A program made the position numbers and the translations under genes. The notes beneath the pieces were generated by a model, which made no database searches, was not told where the DNA came from, and was given only the letters and a program-made list of their open reading frames with translations. Of a stretch of 64,000 bases of DNA, positions 1 through 15,821 are shown piece after piece. The stretch is from the NCBI RefSeq assembly GCF_009914755.1, contig NC_060931.1; one strand, 5' to 3'. Each line of letters opens with the position of its first letter. Position 1 is the stretch's first letter. This stretch comes from the human T2T-CHM13v2.0 reference genome, Homo sapiens.

Positions 1-1477
1 TTAAAAATGTAAAAATTATGAACATATATGTCAAAAATAACTTCAAAATACATAAAACAGAAATTTATAGAACTAAAAAGAGAAATTTATAAATTTGCCA
101 TCAGAGTGAGAAGCTTGAGTTTCTACTTCTAGTATTTGGGAGACTGAACATGCACCAACAAATAAAATTTTGAAAATCAATAAGGATATAAACTTGAGCA
201 CAAAATGAACAAGTTTTACCAAATTAGGTTTGTATAAAACCCTACAGATGAAAGTTAGCAAATATATGTTATTTTTATACCCACATGAAACTTTAAGGAA
301 AATTGACGGTAAAGTAGGCCATATAGTAAGTCTCAACATGTTTCAAAGGATTGGCCTTTCAGATTACAATCTGTGATTCCAGGACAATTGTTAGAAGCCA
401 ACAATAAGAAGATAGCTAAAATTATCTCCATATTTGATAATTTAGAAATGTCCTGCTAGTAATTCATAGATCAAAACAATAAATTCTAGTAAAAATGAGA
501 ACATATTTAGATCTTAATATTATGTAAATAGGTGACAAACTCTGTTTAAGAAATGCTTTAAATGAGTACCACAAATTTTTATACGTACTGCTTATACAGC
601 TGAGGAAATAATAAACTTGTAGATAGGCTAATAGAATTGATCTAAACAGAAACAAAAATAATAAATAATTTAAAAATAAAAACATAGCAGAACATCCAAG
701 AACTCTAAGAAATGTCAACAAGTCTAACAAAAATGGAAGTGCAGTTTCAAAAAGAGAAGAGATGACACTTTGGAAGTGGGCCAAATAATATGTGAAAAGA
801 TAATAGCTGATGATTTTTAAAACAAATTGGAGAAAAGAAAACCAAGACCAAAGAAGTCTAGAGAACCCTAGGCAAAAGAAAGAAAAAAAGAAAGAAAAAG
901 AAAGGAAAGAGAGAGAGAGAGAAAGAAAGAAGAAAGAAAGAAAGAGAGAGAAAGGAAGATTTTTAGAAATATTCTAGAATGCTGAAAAGTTAAAGACAAT
1001 ATCTTGAAGGCAGACCGAGGTAAAAAGTATATATTATACACAGCTAACTTCTTAGAAATTTTGCAAGCCCAGAGTGTTATCTATAAAGTACTCTCAACTT
1101 AGAATTCTATACTCAGAGGAAATACCTTTCAAAAGTGAAAGTAAGATAAATACTCCTACAAACAAACTCTGAGAAAATTCATTGCCAGTAGAACTGAACT
1201 ATATGAAATATTAAATAACATGTTTAGGCAGAATCTACACAAAAAAATGAAGAGCACTGGAAATGGCAAAAAGGGTTAATATAAAAACATTTTCTTATTT
1301 TAATAACTTTTTACTATAAAGTAAAAGAGTAACAATGTATTATTGCAAGATTGGACATTGAAACTGTCCAACTAGAGACATATACCATGTTTGTGGACAA
1401 AAGATTTGATTCTATCAAGTTGGTAAATTTTCCAAAATTGTTTTAAAAAGTTAGAAGAGTGCAATCAAAATAACAAG
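1..1477 (+). mobile_element. Highly decayed ancient L1M (L1MC/L1ME-type) ORF1/ORF2 remnants
   Basis: A-rich sequence with degraded L1 endonuclease-, ORF1- and RT-like phrases. It continues after the young L1 at 7513-7560 and ~7920-8370. Subfamily not resolvable by eye. Confidence 0.55.
875..958 (+). repeat. GA-rich low-complexity tract, (GAAA)n/(GA)n
   Basis: Seen directly: aaagaaagaaaaaaagaaagaaaagaaaggaaagagagagagagagaaagaaag... Confidence 0.9.
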
Positions 1478-1703
1478 AGTGTTTTTTTTTCTTTTATTAT
1501 TATACTTTAAGTTTTAGGGTACATGTGCACATTGTGCAGGTTAGTTACATACGTATACATGTGCCACGCTGGTGCGCTGCACCCACTAACTCGTCATCTA
1601 GCATTAGGTATATCTCCCAATGCTATCCCTCCCCCCTCCCCCCACCCCAAAACAGTCCCCAGAGTGTGATGTTCCCCTTCCTGTGTCCATGTGATCTCAT
1701 TGT

Positions 1704-5532
<3,829 letters not shown>

Positions 5533-5595
5533 TATGATGTTAGCTGGTTATTTTGCTCGTTAGTTGATGCAGTTTCTTCCTAGTCTCAATGGTCT

Positions 5596-6610
5596 TTACA
5601 TTTTGGCATGATTTTGCAGCAGCTGGTACCGGTTGTTCCTTTCCATGTTTAGCGCTTCCTTCAGGAGCTCCTTTAGGGCAGGCCTGGTGGTGACAAAATC
5701 TCTCAGCATTTGCTTGTCTGTAAAGTATTTTATTTCTCCTTTGCTTATGAAGCTTAGTTTGGCTGCATATGAAATTCTGGGTTGAAAATTCTTTTCTTTA
5801 AGAATGTTGAATATAGGCCCCCACTCTCTTCTGGCTTGTAGGGTTTCTGCTGAGAGATCCGCTGTTAGTCTGATGGGCTTCCCTTTGAGGGTAACCCGAC
5901 CTTTCTCTCTGGCTGCCCTTAACATTTTTTCCTTCATTTCAACTTTGGTGAATCTGACAATTATGTGTCTTGGAGTTGCTCTTCTTGAGGAGTATCTTTG
6001 TGGTGTTCTCTGTATTTCCTGAATCTGAAGGTTGGCCTGCCTTGCTAGATTGGGGAAGTTCTCCTGGATAATATCCTGCAGAGTGTTTTCCAACTTGGTT
6101 CCATTCTCCCCGTCACTTTCAGGTACACCAATCAGATGTAGATTTGGTCTTTTCACATAGTCCCATATTTCTTGGAGGCTTTGCTCATTTCTTTTTATTC
6201 TTTTTTCTCTAAACTTCCCTTCTCGCTTCATTTCATTCATTTCATCTTCCATCGCTGATACCCTTTCTTCCAGTTGATCACATCGGCTCCTGAGGCTTCT
6301 GCATTCTTCACGTAGTTCTCGAGCCTTGGTTTTCAGCTCCATCAGCTCCTTTAAGCACTTCTCTGTATTGGTTATTCAAGTTGTACATTCTTCTAAATTT
6401 TTTTCAAAGTTTTCAACTTCTTTGCCTTTGGTTTGAATGTCCTCCGGTAGCTCAGAGTAATTTGGTCGTCTGAAGCCTTCTGCTCTCAGCTAGTCAAAGT
6501 CGTTCTCCGTCCAGCTTTGTTCCGTTGCTGGTGAGGAACTGCATTCCTTTGGAGGAGGAGAGGCGCTCTGCTTTTTAGTTTCCAGTTTTTCTGTTCTGTT
6601 TTTTCCCCAT
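5596..6610 (-). pseudogene. L1 ORF1p, frameshifted near the N-terminus
   Basis: ATGGGGAAAAAACAG start at 6610. The span is 1015 nt against the canonical 1017, consistent with a 2-bp deletion near 6577. The C-terminal 248 aa (5596-6342) are open and end ...QNHAKM*. Confidence 0.93.
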
Positions 6611-7512
6611 CTTTGTGGTTTTATCTACTTTTGGTCTTCGATGATGGTGATGTACAGATGGGTTTTTGGTGTGGATGCCCTGTTTGTTAGTTTTCCTTCT
6701 AACAGACAGGACCCTCAGCTGCAGGTCTGTTGGAGTACCCTGCCATGTGAGGTGTCAGTGTGCCCCTGCTCGGGGGTGCCTCCCAGTTAGGCTGCTCGGG
6801 GGTCAGGAGTCAGGGACCCACTTGAGGAGGCAGTCTGCCCGTTCTCAGATCTCCAGTTGGGTACTGGGAGAACCACTGCTCTCTTCAAAGCTGTCAGACA
6901 GGGACATTTAAGTCTGCAGAGGTTACTGCTGTCTTTTTGTTTGTCTGTGCCCTGCCCCCAGAGGTGGAGCCTACAGAGGCAGGCAGGCCTCCTTGAGCTG
7001 TGGTGGGCTCCACCCAGTTGGAGCCTCCTGGCTGCTTTGTTTACCTAAGCAAGCCTGGGCAATGGCGGGCGCCCCTCCCCCAGCCTCGCTGCCGCCTTGC
7101 AGGTTGATCTCAGACTGCTGTGCTAGCAATCAGCAAGACTCCGTGGGCGTAGGACCCTCCGAGCCAGGTGCGGGATATAATCTCGTGGTGCGCCTTTTTT
7201 TAAGCCTGTCGGAAAAGCGCAGTATTCAGGTGGGAGTGACCCGATTTTCCAGGTGCCGTCTGTCACCCCTTTCTTTGACTCAGAAAGGGAACTCCCTGAC
7301 CCCTTGCGCTTCCCGAGTGAGGCAATGCCTCACCCAGCTTCGGCTCGCGCACGGTGTGCGCACCCACTGACCTGTGCCCACTGTCTGGCACTCTCTAGTG
7401 AGATGAACCCGGTACCTCAGATGGAAATGCAGAAATCACCCGTCTTCTGCGTCGCTCACGCTGGGAGCTGTAGACCGGAGCTGTTCCTATTCGGCCATCT
7501 TGGCTCCTCCCC
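6611..7512 (-). promoter_or_regulatory. L1 5'UTR: internal sense promoter with YY1 site, plus antisense promoter firing on the + strand
   Basis: CpG-rich L1PA 5'UTR with an intact YY1 motif CAAGATGGCCG at 7492-7502 (minus). Promoter activity is established for this family but not shown for this copy. Confidence 0.8.
7062..7370 (+). CDS. L1 ORF0 (antisense ORF of primate L1 5'UTR), open, 102 aa
   Basis: MAGAPPPASLPPCRLISDCCASNQQDSVGVGPSEPGAGYNLVVRLFLSLSEKRSIQVGVTRFSRC... matches the ORF0 N-terminus. ATG at 7062 lies within track ORF 6993-7370. Expression not demonstrated. Confidence 0.7.
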   Translation: MAGAPPPASLPPCRLISDCCASNQQDSVGVGPSEPGAGYNLVVRLFLSLSEKRSIQVGVTRFSRCRLSPLSLTQKGNSLTPCASRVRQCLTQLRLAHGVRTH

Positions 7513-7560
7513 AGTGTTTTTAATGTTGTTTTTTTTCACTTTGTGAAACTTGTGAGTAAA

Positions 7561-7918
7561 TTTATTTATGTATTTAATTTATTTTAATTTTTATTTAAGT
7601 TTGGGGTATAAATGCAGGTTTATTACTTAGGTAAACCTGTGCAATGGGGATTTGTTTTACAGATTGTTTCATCAGTGGTGTATTAAGCCTAGTACCCATT
7701 CGTTATTTTTCCATATCTTCTCTCTCCTCGTACCCTCTATCCTCCACCCTCCAAAAGGCCGCAGTGTGTTTTGCTCCCCTCTAAGTGTTTATGTGTTCTC
7801 ATCACGTAGCTCCTACTTGTAAGTGAGAACATGCAGCATTTGGTTTTCTGTTTCTGTGTTAGTTTACTAAGGATAATAACCTACAGCTCCATTTATGTCC
7901 CTGCAAAAGACATGATAT
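7561..7918 (-). mobile_element. 5'-truncated older L1PA (PA13-16-like) 3' end
   Basis: T-rich tail followed by L1PA 3'UTR phrases (gtattaagcctagtacccatt...; gtaagtgagaacatgcagcatttgg). Confidence 0.8.
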
Positions 7919-8379
7919 TACAACTTTATTCTAAACTTAAAAAAGAGAAGCTCAAGACTTAATAAGACTTTAGAAAATAAGAATAAGTTTGAAGGATTTG
8001 CTTCAACAACTAGCTGGAATAATTGATGCAATGTGGTGTTCTTTTCAGGGATCAACACAATAAAAGGAATGTAATGTAATAGTTAGAAAAGACAAAAACA
8101 CAGGTATGTATTTCTATATGAGGAAGCATATAAGGAAAGTGGGTCTGCAGATGAATGAGAAAATAAGGAGCTCTTCAAGAAATAGTTATGGGTTATATGT
8201 AAAAATGATATTGTTCAGTACTTCATGTGATATAAAAATCTAATTCAGGTGGAAAAAAGATTTAAAGATGAAAGGCAAATTTTAAAAAATGTTTAAAAGA
8301 TAAAGCTTTCTTAAAACACATGAAGTAAATCTTAACATAAAATATTGTTAAATTTGATTATATTAAATTAAGAAGTTTT

Positions 8380-8637
8380 GCTAGAAATCTAATGTACAAC
8401 ATAGTGACTATAGTTAATAGTACTGTATTGTATACTTGAAATTTGCTAAGAGAGTAAAACTTAAATGTTCTCACTTCACATACACAAAACTGATAACAAT
8501 GTGAGGTGATGCATGTGTTAATTAACTTGATTCTGATAATCGTTTCACAATGTATACATACATTAAAACATCACATTGTACACTCTAAATACATATAATT
8601 TTAGTTTTCAATTATACCTCAAAAAAGCTGGAAAAAA
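8380..8637 (+). mobile_element. L1MA (MA8/9-like) 3' end
   Basis: atctaatgtacaacatagtgactatagttaata...ttgaaatttgctaagagagta...tatacctcaaaaaagctggaaaaaa. Confidence 0.8.
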
Positions 8638-8719
8638 TTAAGAAATTCTGTTCATTAAAAGTACCATAGTAAGAGTCCACTACTGTGCGAATGTTTTGCC
8701 ATTTTATTTCATTGCTCTT

Positions 8720-9475
8720 AATTCAACATAGTACTGGAAGTCCTAGCTAGAGCAATCAGAAAAGAGAAAGATATAAAGGACATACAAACTGGAAATGAGG
8801 AAGTCAAATATCCTTGTTTGCAAATGATATAATGTTTTGTTTGGAAAAAGCTAAAGACTCCACAAGAAAGCTATTAGAACTGATAAATAAATTCAGTAAA
8901 GTCACAGGATACAAAATCAACATTGAAATACAAGTAGAATTTCTGTATGCTAACAGCGAACAATATGAAAAAGAAATTCAAAAGTAATAACATTTATAAT
9001 GGCCACACATAAAATTAAATATCTAGGAATTAACAAAATAAGTGAAAAATCTCTATAATAAAAACTATAAAACACTGATAAAAAAATTGAAGAGGACATC
9101 AAAAAATGGAAAGACATTCCATGTTTAAGAATTGGGAGAATAAATATTGTTAAAATGTCCATGCTACCCAAAGCAATCCACAGATTCAATGCAGTCCCCA
9201 TCAAAATACCATTAATATTCTTCACATAAATAGAAAAAAACATCCTAAAGTATGTATGAACTACAAGAGACCCAAAATAACCAAAGCCATCTTAAGCAAA
9301 ATAAATAAATAAATGAAACGGGAGGAATCACATTCCCTGACTTCAAATTATACTACAGAGCTATGGTAACAAAAACATCATGATACTGGCATAAAAGCAG
9401 ACACATAGACCAGTGGAACAGACTAGAGAACCCAGAATTATATCCACAAACCTACAGTGAACTAATTTTGACATA
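8720..9475 (+). mobile_element. L1 ORF2 (RT region) internal fragment, L1MA/PB-like
   Basis: ttcaacatagtactggaagtcctagctagagcaatcaga... Degraded RT-domain sequence; no 3' end. Confidence 0.85.
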
Positions 9476-9745
9476 CAGTGGGGAAATGACAAAATTAGTA
9501 TAAAGATACATAAAACTCAATGTGAATAAAATCAATGTAGTAAAAAAAAAAATAAAAAAGCACAAAGTGTGTGAACAGACATTTCAGAGAAAATAAACAT
9601 GATTAGTCAATAAAGATAAAAACCTGCAAAAAAACTCCCAGCTTTTGCTGTAATTAAAAATTTGATGAAAATTGTGCTTGTGTAATGGTGTTGCAGTTTG
9701 ACCCTATTGCTATATGCAGTCATTTCCCTTTAAAATTGTGGAATG

Positions 9746-9972
9746 CAGACTGGGCAACCTAGAAAGACCCCATCTCTACAAAAGAGAAAAATTAAAATAT
9801 TAGCTGGGCATGGTGGTGCATGCCTGTAGTCCTAGCTACTTGGGAGGCTAACATGGGAGGATTCTTTCAGCCCACGAATTTGAGGCTGCAGTGAGCTTGG
9901 ATCACACCACTGCTCTCCGAACTGGGTGACAAAATTAGACTCTGTCTCAAAAAGAAAAATAAATAAAAATAA
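9746..9972 (+). mobile_element. AluJ, 5'-truncated
   Basis: End of left arm, A-rich linker, right arm (gaggctgcagtgagc) and A tail. Confidence 0.85.
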
Positions 9973-10070
9973 AATTGCAGAATGCCTTTACATACCCAGT
10001 ATTTTATTATTTGAAAAAGTAGTTCAAGAAATATTTTGAAAAACAGTACAATTTTTATTACTAGATATTA

Positions 10071-10818
<748 letters not shown>

Positions 10819-11467
10819 TCTACGTAAGACAGTGAAAGTAGCTGGTTCTAAAATGACTATCGTAAATATGTTCAACTATGTCAGTAAGTTACTTGAATCA
10901 TCACAGAATTATAAGAGGAATTTAAAGACATTTAAGTAGTCTAAGAAAAAAATAAAATAAATTATGATATCTCAGCCATCATTTAAATAAAAGCTTTTAT
11001 CTCTTTATGAGAGATTCAGTTTTTCTTTTTTTTCCCCAAGATGGTGGATTAGAGGCTTTTAGCATCCCTCAGCCACTTGGAAATAGTGAAACTGTATGAA
11101 CTTTATTTCATTTCTATGAACTTTATTTCAAGAATGAAAATGTGAATTCACTGGAATAGTGAAAGACACTTCAGATCCCAGAGAGAAGGTGGGCAAGCAG
11201 CCTCTGGGATGGCATTTGGCTGATAAAAGTGAGTAAAGCCACTGTACATGAGAGAGGCAGAGAGTCTTTCTTTATGACTCATCTTCTCACTAGGGACACA
11301 TGTAACCCAGGCCAAGGGAAAGCCCTTTATTTCTTGAAAGCCCTTTATTTCTTGAAACTTGAGGAAAGGCTAGGAGATGCTGAAAGGGAAAGACATCCAG
11401 AAGTGTGGGAATTTTCCTAGATTTGGGACTGAGAGCAGAACACCATTTTTAATTCTGGCTCATACAG

Positions 11468-11821
11468 TGATATGGTTTGGCTGTGTCCCCACCCCAAATC
11501 TCCTCTTGAATTGTAGTCCCCACATATCAAGGAATGGACAGGTAGGGGTAATTGGGTCATTGGGGAGGTTCCCCCATGCTGTTTTCATGATAACGAATGA
11601 GTTTCATGAGATCTGATGCATTTATATATGTCTGGCATTTCCCCTGCTTACTTTCATTCTCTCTCCTGCTGTCCCATAAAAAGATAACTTCTGCCATGAT
11701 TGTAAGTTTCCTGAGGCCTCCCCACCCAATGTGGACCTGTGAGTCAGTTAAACGTGTTTCCTTTATTAATTTACCCAGTCTCCGGTATTTCTTCATAGCG
11801 GCATCAGAATGGACTAATATA
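11468..11821 (+). mobile_element. THE1D/MSTA-type solo LTR
   Basis: tgatatggtttggctgtgtcccc...ggactaatata; 5-bp TSD TACAG at 11463-11467 and 11822-11826. Confidence 0.92.
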
Positions 11822-12119
11822 TACAGAGTCAGTCTTTGTTTGGTGACTCAGTAGAATGGCCACACAGACATTTTACTGTTAGGCCAGAGATTGGAGGAAG
11901 CACTTGCTCTAGAGCAGGAGGAGTACTCCCACAGGCAGAATTGAGTGATGAATGTGGTAAGTGCCCCAGTAGTAAGCGCTTGAATTGGGTTGCCTCCCAG
12001 TGCAAGACTGAAGTGGTAGGGAGTTGCTGAAACCACAGTTTATCCTGGGTGGCAAAACATTCAGCCAAGGAAAGTTTTGCAACCTGGAACTGGTCTGTGT
12101 TTGTCACTGCTGGTTGCCC

Positions 12120-12950
12120 CAGCCTGCCCCCGAGATTGTGGTGCAGTGAAGTCCTCTCTGCTCCACACCCAGGCATTTCTCCAGGCATTCAGAGCACCCA
12201 CTTGCTTAGATTAGCAGTCTGAGCGGCCCCATCCTTCCTGTGCAGAGACTGTGGTATAACAGGGCTAACTGTGCTCCATGCCCAGGCATATCTCTGGGCA
12301 TTCAGAGAATACACTCACCTGGATTAGCAGCCTGAGCTGCTGCCACCCTTCCTGTGCAGAGACTGTGAGGCAGAGGAGCCCTCTCCACTCATTCCCAGGG
12401 ACATCTCCAGGCATTTGGAGTACCTGCTTGCCTGGATTAGTAGCTTGAGTCATCCCACCCTTCCTGTGCAGAGATCTTGGTGCAGTGGTGATCTCTCCAC
12501 TTCACACCTGTGCATATTCATAGGCATTTGGTGTAGTCCCTTGTAGGGATTAGCTGCCTGAGCTGCCCTCACGTTCCTGCAAAGCTTTTGTTTCACCACC
12601 AGCTGGTCCACTCCTTGCTAGGGAACAATTTCCAGGCAATCAAAATACCTGCTGGCCTGGATTAGTAGCTGTCTCTCCTTCTCCTGCAAAGACATTGCTG
12701 CATTAGAGGTTATTCCATTCCTTGCCAGGGACTAGTTGTTCACTTAGATAAGTGCCTGAGTCTCCTCTTGCTTCCTGTGCAGAGATCTTGGCAGGCAGCA
12801 CGCTCTCTAAACCACGCCCACACATATCTCCAGGCATTTGGAGCATCAACACTTCTAGATTAGGAATTTAGGCTGCCCCCTCTCCCCATGCAGAGAACTT
12901 AGGGCAGCAGAGGTTTCCCAACTCCATGCCTAGGCACAACTCTGTGTGCT
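12120..12950 (+). repeat. Degenerate ~110-bp tandem array (about 7 units) inside the L1PB 5'UTR
   Basis: Recurring cttcctgtgcagaga...ctccaggcatt...ggattagcag motif, with anchors at about 12241, 12355, 12467, 12578, 12685, 12778 and 12889. Confidence 0.8.
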
Positions 12951-13422
12951 TGGGGGCTATTTCACCACATCCACTTGGTACTGGTGCTTGTGTCTGCCAT
13001 TAGGGAAACTGTAGGCAGGCCTGCCCTGTTCACCTTCACCCATCTTGGTCCTCCCTCTGGGACTGAGAAGAGAGCTCAGACAATGATGCATTCGACAGAT
13101 CAGTGCAATACCTGAGGCAACAAAGAACTTCCCCTAAAAACAAAGATCAAGTGTATACCCATCCAGATTACCTATAGCCAGGTCTTACCCATGAGTGCTA
13201 CCTTCTGACCTACAGGTTGAATAGTGCAACACAAGAGGAAATCTGATACAAGCGCCAAACACTGGGGAATGAGATCAGCCTCCTGAGATCTCCACCATCC
13301 CAACCCCACAGGAGGCAGTGAGTATGCTCACAAGCCCAGCACATCAATACTACAACCAGCTGTTGAGAAAGCCACCATACAAAGGCTAAATATAACCATG
13401 GAACTTAAAAAGATTTCTTGCC

Positions 13423-14308
13423 TAAACTCACTCAAAACCGTTCAACTACATGGAAAAAAAAAAAAACGATCCCATCAACAAGTGGGTGAAGGATATGAAC
13501 AGACACTTCTCAAAAGAAGACATTTATACAGCCAACAGACACATGAAAAAATGCTCATCATCACTGGCCATCAAAGAAATGCAAATCAAAACCACAATGA
13601 GTTACCATCTCACACCAGTTTGAATGGCGATCATTAAAAAGTCAGGAAACAACAGGTGCTGGAGAGGATGTGGAGAAATAGGAACACTTTTACACTGTTG
13701 GTGGGACTGTAAACTTGTTCAACCATTGTGGAAGACAGTGTGACAATTCCTCAAGGATCTAGAACTAGAAATACCATTTGACCCAGCCATCCCATTACTG
13801 GGTATATACCCAAAGGATTATAAATCATGCTGATATAAAGACACATGCACACATGTTTATTGCGGCACTATTCACAATAGCAAAGACTTGGAACCAACCC
13901 AAATGTCCAACAATGATAGACTGGATTTAGAAAATGTGGCACATATACACCATGGAATACTATGCAGCCATAAAAAAGGATGAGTTCATGTCCTTTGTAG
14001 GGACATGGATGAAGCTGGAAACCATCGTTCTCAGCAAACTATCGCAAGGACAAAAAACCAAACACCGCATATTCTCACTGATAGGTGGGAATTGAACAAT
14101 GAGAACACTTGGACACAGGAAGGGGAACATCACACACCAGGGCCTGTTGTGGGGTGGGGGGAGTGGGGAGGGATAGCATTAGGGGATATACTTAATGTAA
14201 ATGACGAGTTAATGGGTGCAGCACACCAACATGGCACATGTATACATATGTAACAAAGCTGCATGTTGTGCACATGTACCCTAGAACTTAAAGTATAATA
14301 AAATTTAA
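13423..14308 (+). mobile_element. 5'-truncated L1PA4/5-type insertion with a discontinuous 5' end
   Basis: 16-bp TSD AAAAAGATTTCTTGCC at 13407-13422 and 14309-14324; contains the ORF2 C-terminus and 3'UTR (gtaaatgacgagttaatggg). Confidence 0.93.
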
Positions 14309-15821
14309 AAAAAGATTTCTTGCCACTGAAAACACCCAGAACCAAAGCCAAAAGGACTACAAAACATTATATATTATAGACACCTCCTCAAAGGGAGAAA
14401 AATCCCATCCAAATTATGGCAAAATTGAAAAAGTAAGGAAAGATAATATATCCAGATAAAAGAACCCGATAAACAACTCCCAAAGTATTAAAAACCGGAG
14501 TATTACAACACCACCCAAGGGGAACACTAACTCTACAGCAACAGATCCTAGCCAAAATGAAATCATTGAAATACCAGATAAATAATTCAAAATATTGATT
14601 TTAAAGAAGCTCAATGAGATCCAAGAAAAAACAATACCAATAGAAAGAAATCATAAAAACAATTCAGGACATGAAAGAAGAAATAGACACAATTTAAACA
14701 AAAAACTTCTGAAAATGAAAAATTTATTGAAGTTACAAAATACAGTTGAAAGCTTTAACAACAGACTAGACCAAGTGGAAGAAATAATTTTAGAACTCGA
14801 ATATAGGTCTTTTAAATTAACCCAGTCAGACAAAAGTAAAAAATAAAGAATTGAAAACACGAACAAAGCCTTTGAGAAATACAGGGTTATGTAAAATGTC
14901 CAAAGCTGTGAGTTATAAGTATTTTAGAGAAAGATGAAGAAAAAATAAAAAGTATGTAAAACCTATCTGAGGAAATAATTAAAGAAAACTTCAATAGCCT
15001 TAGAGAGATTTAGACATTCAGATGCAAGAAGCTCATAGAACTCCTGGAAGATAAATTGTGAGAACTTCACCAAGGCATATAGTCATTAGACTGTTCAGAG
15101 TCCACATAGAGGAAAAAACTAAGAGCCGCAAGAGAGAAGCGTCTAATCACTGATAAAGGAAATCCCATCAGACTAACAGTAGACTTTGCAGCAGAAACCA
15201 GAAAAGACTGGGGGACTATTTTTAGTTTTATTAAAGAAAAAACAATGCCAGCCAATAATTTCATATCCTGCCAAACTAAGCTTCACAAATTAAGGAGAGA
15301 TAAAGGCTTTCCCAGAAAAACAAATGCTAATGAAATTCATCACCACTAGACTGGCCAGCCAAGGAATATTCAAAGGCATTCTAAACATGGAAACTAAAGG
15401 ATGACACTTGCCATCATAAACAGTCACATAAATCAATTACACAATTGGAATCAATTACACCTAGAAATCAATTACACAGTTGAAACCCCTAGGTAATTAT
15501 CTAACAACACTATCACAGAAACAATACCTCAAATATCAATATTAATCTTGAATATAAATGACCTAAGTGCCCCACAAAAAAGAGTGGTGAATTGGATAAT
15601 AAAACCATCCACCTGCTGCCTACAAGACACACATCTAGCTTTAATATAGGTACAGACTCAAAGTAAATGGGTGGAAAAAGATATATCACACAAATGGAAA
15701 ACAAAATTGAGCAGGAATAGCCATTCTCATATGAGATACAATGACTTTGAACCAAAAAATAGTAAAAGAAAAGACAAGGAAGAACATTAGATAATGATGA
15801 TAATAAGAAAGAATCAGTAAT

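Noticed and set aside
12120-12950. CRISPR-like array
   Set aside because: Eukaryotic DNA; degenerate tandem units without unique spacers, inside an L1 5'UTR; no cas genes.
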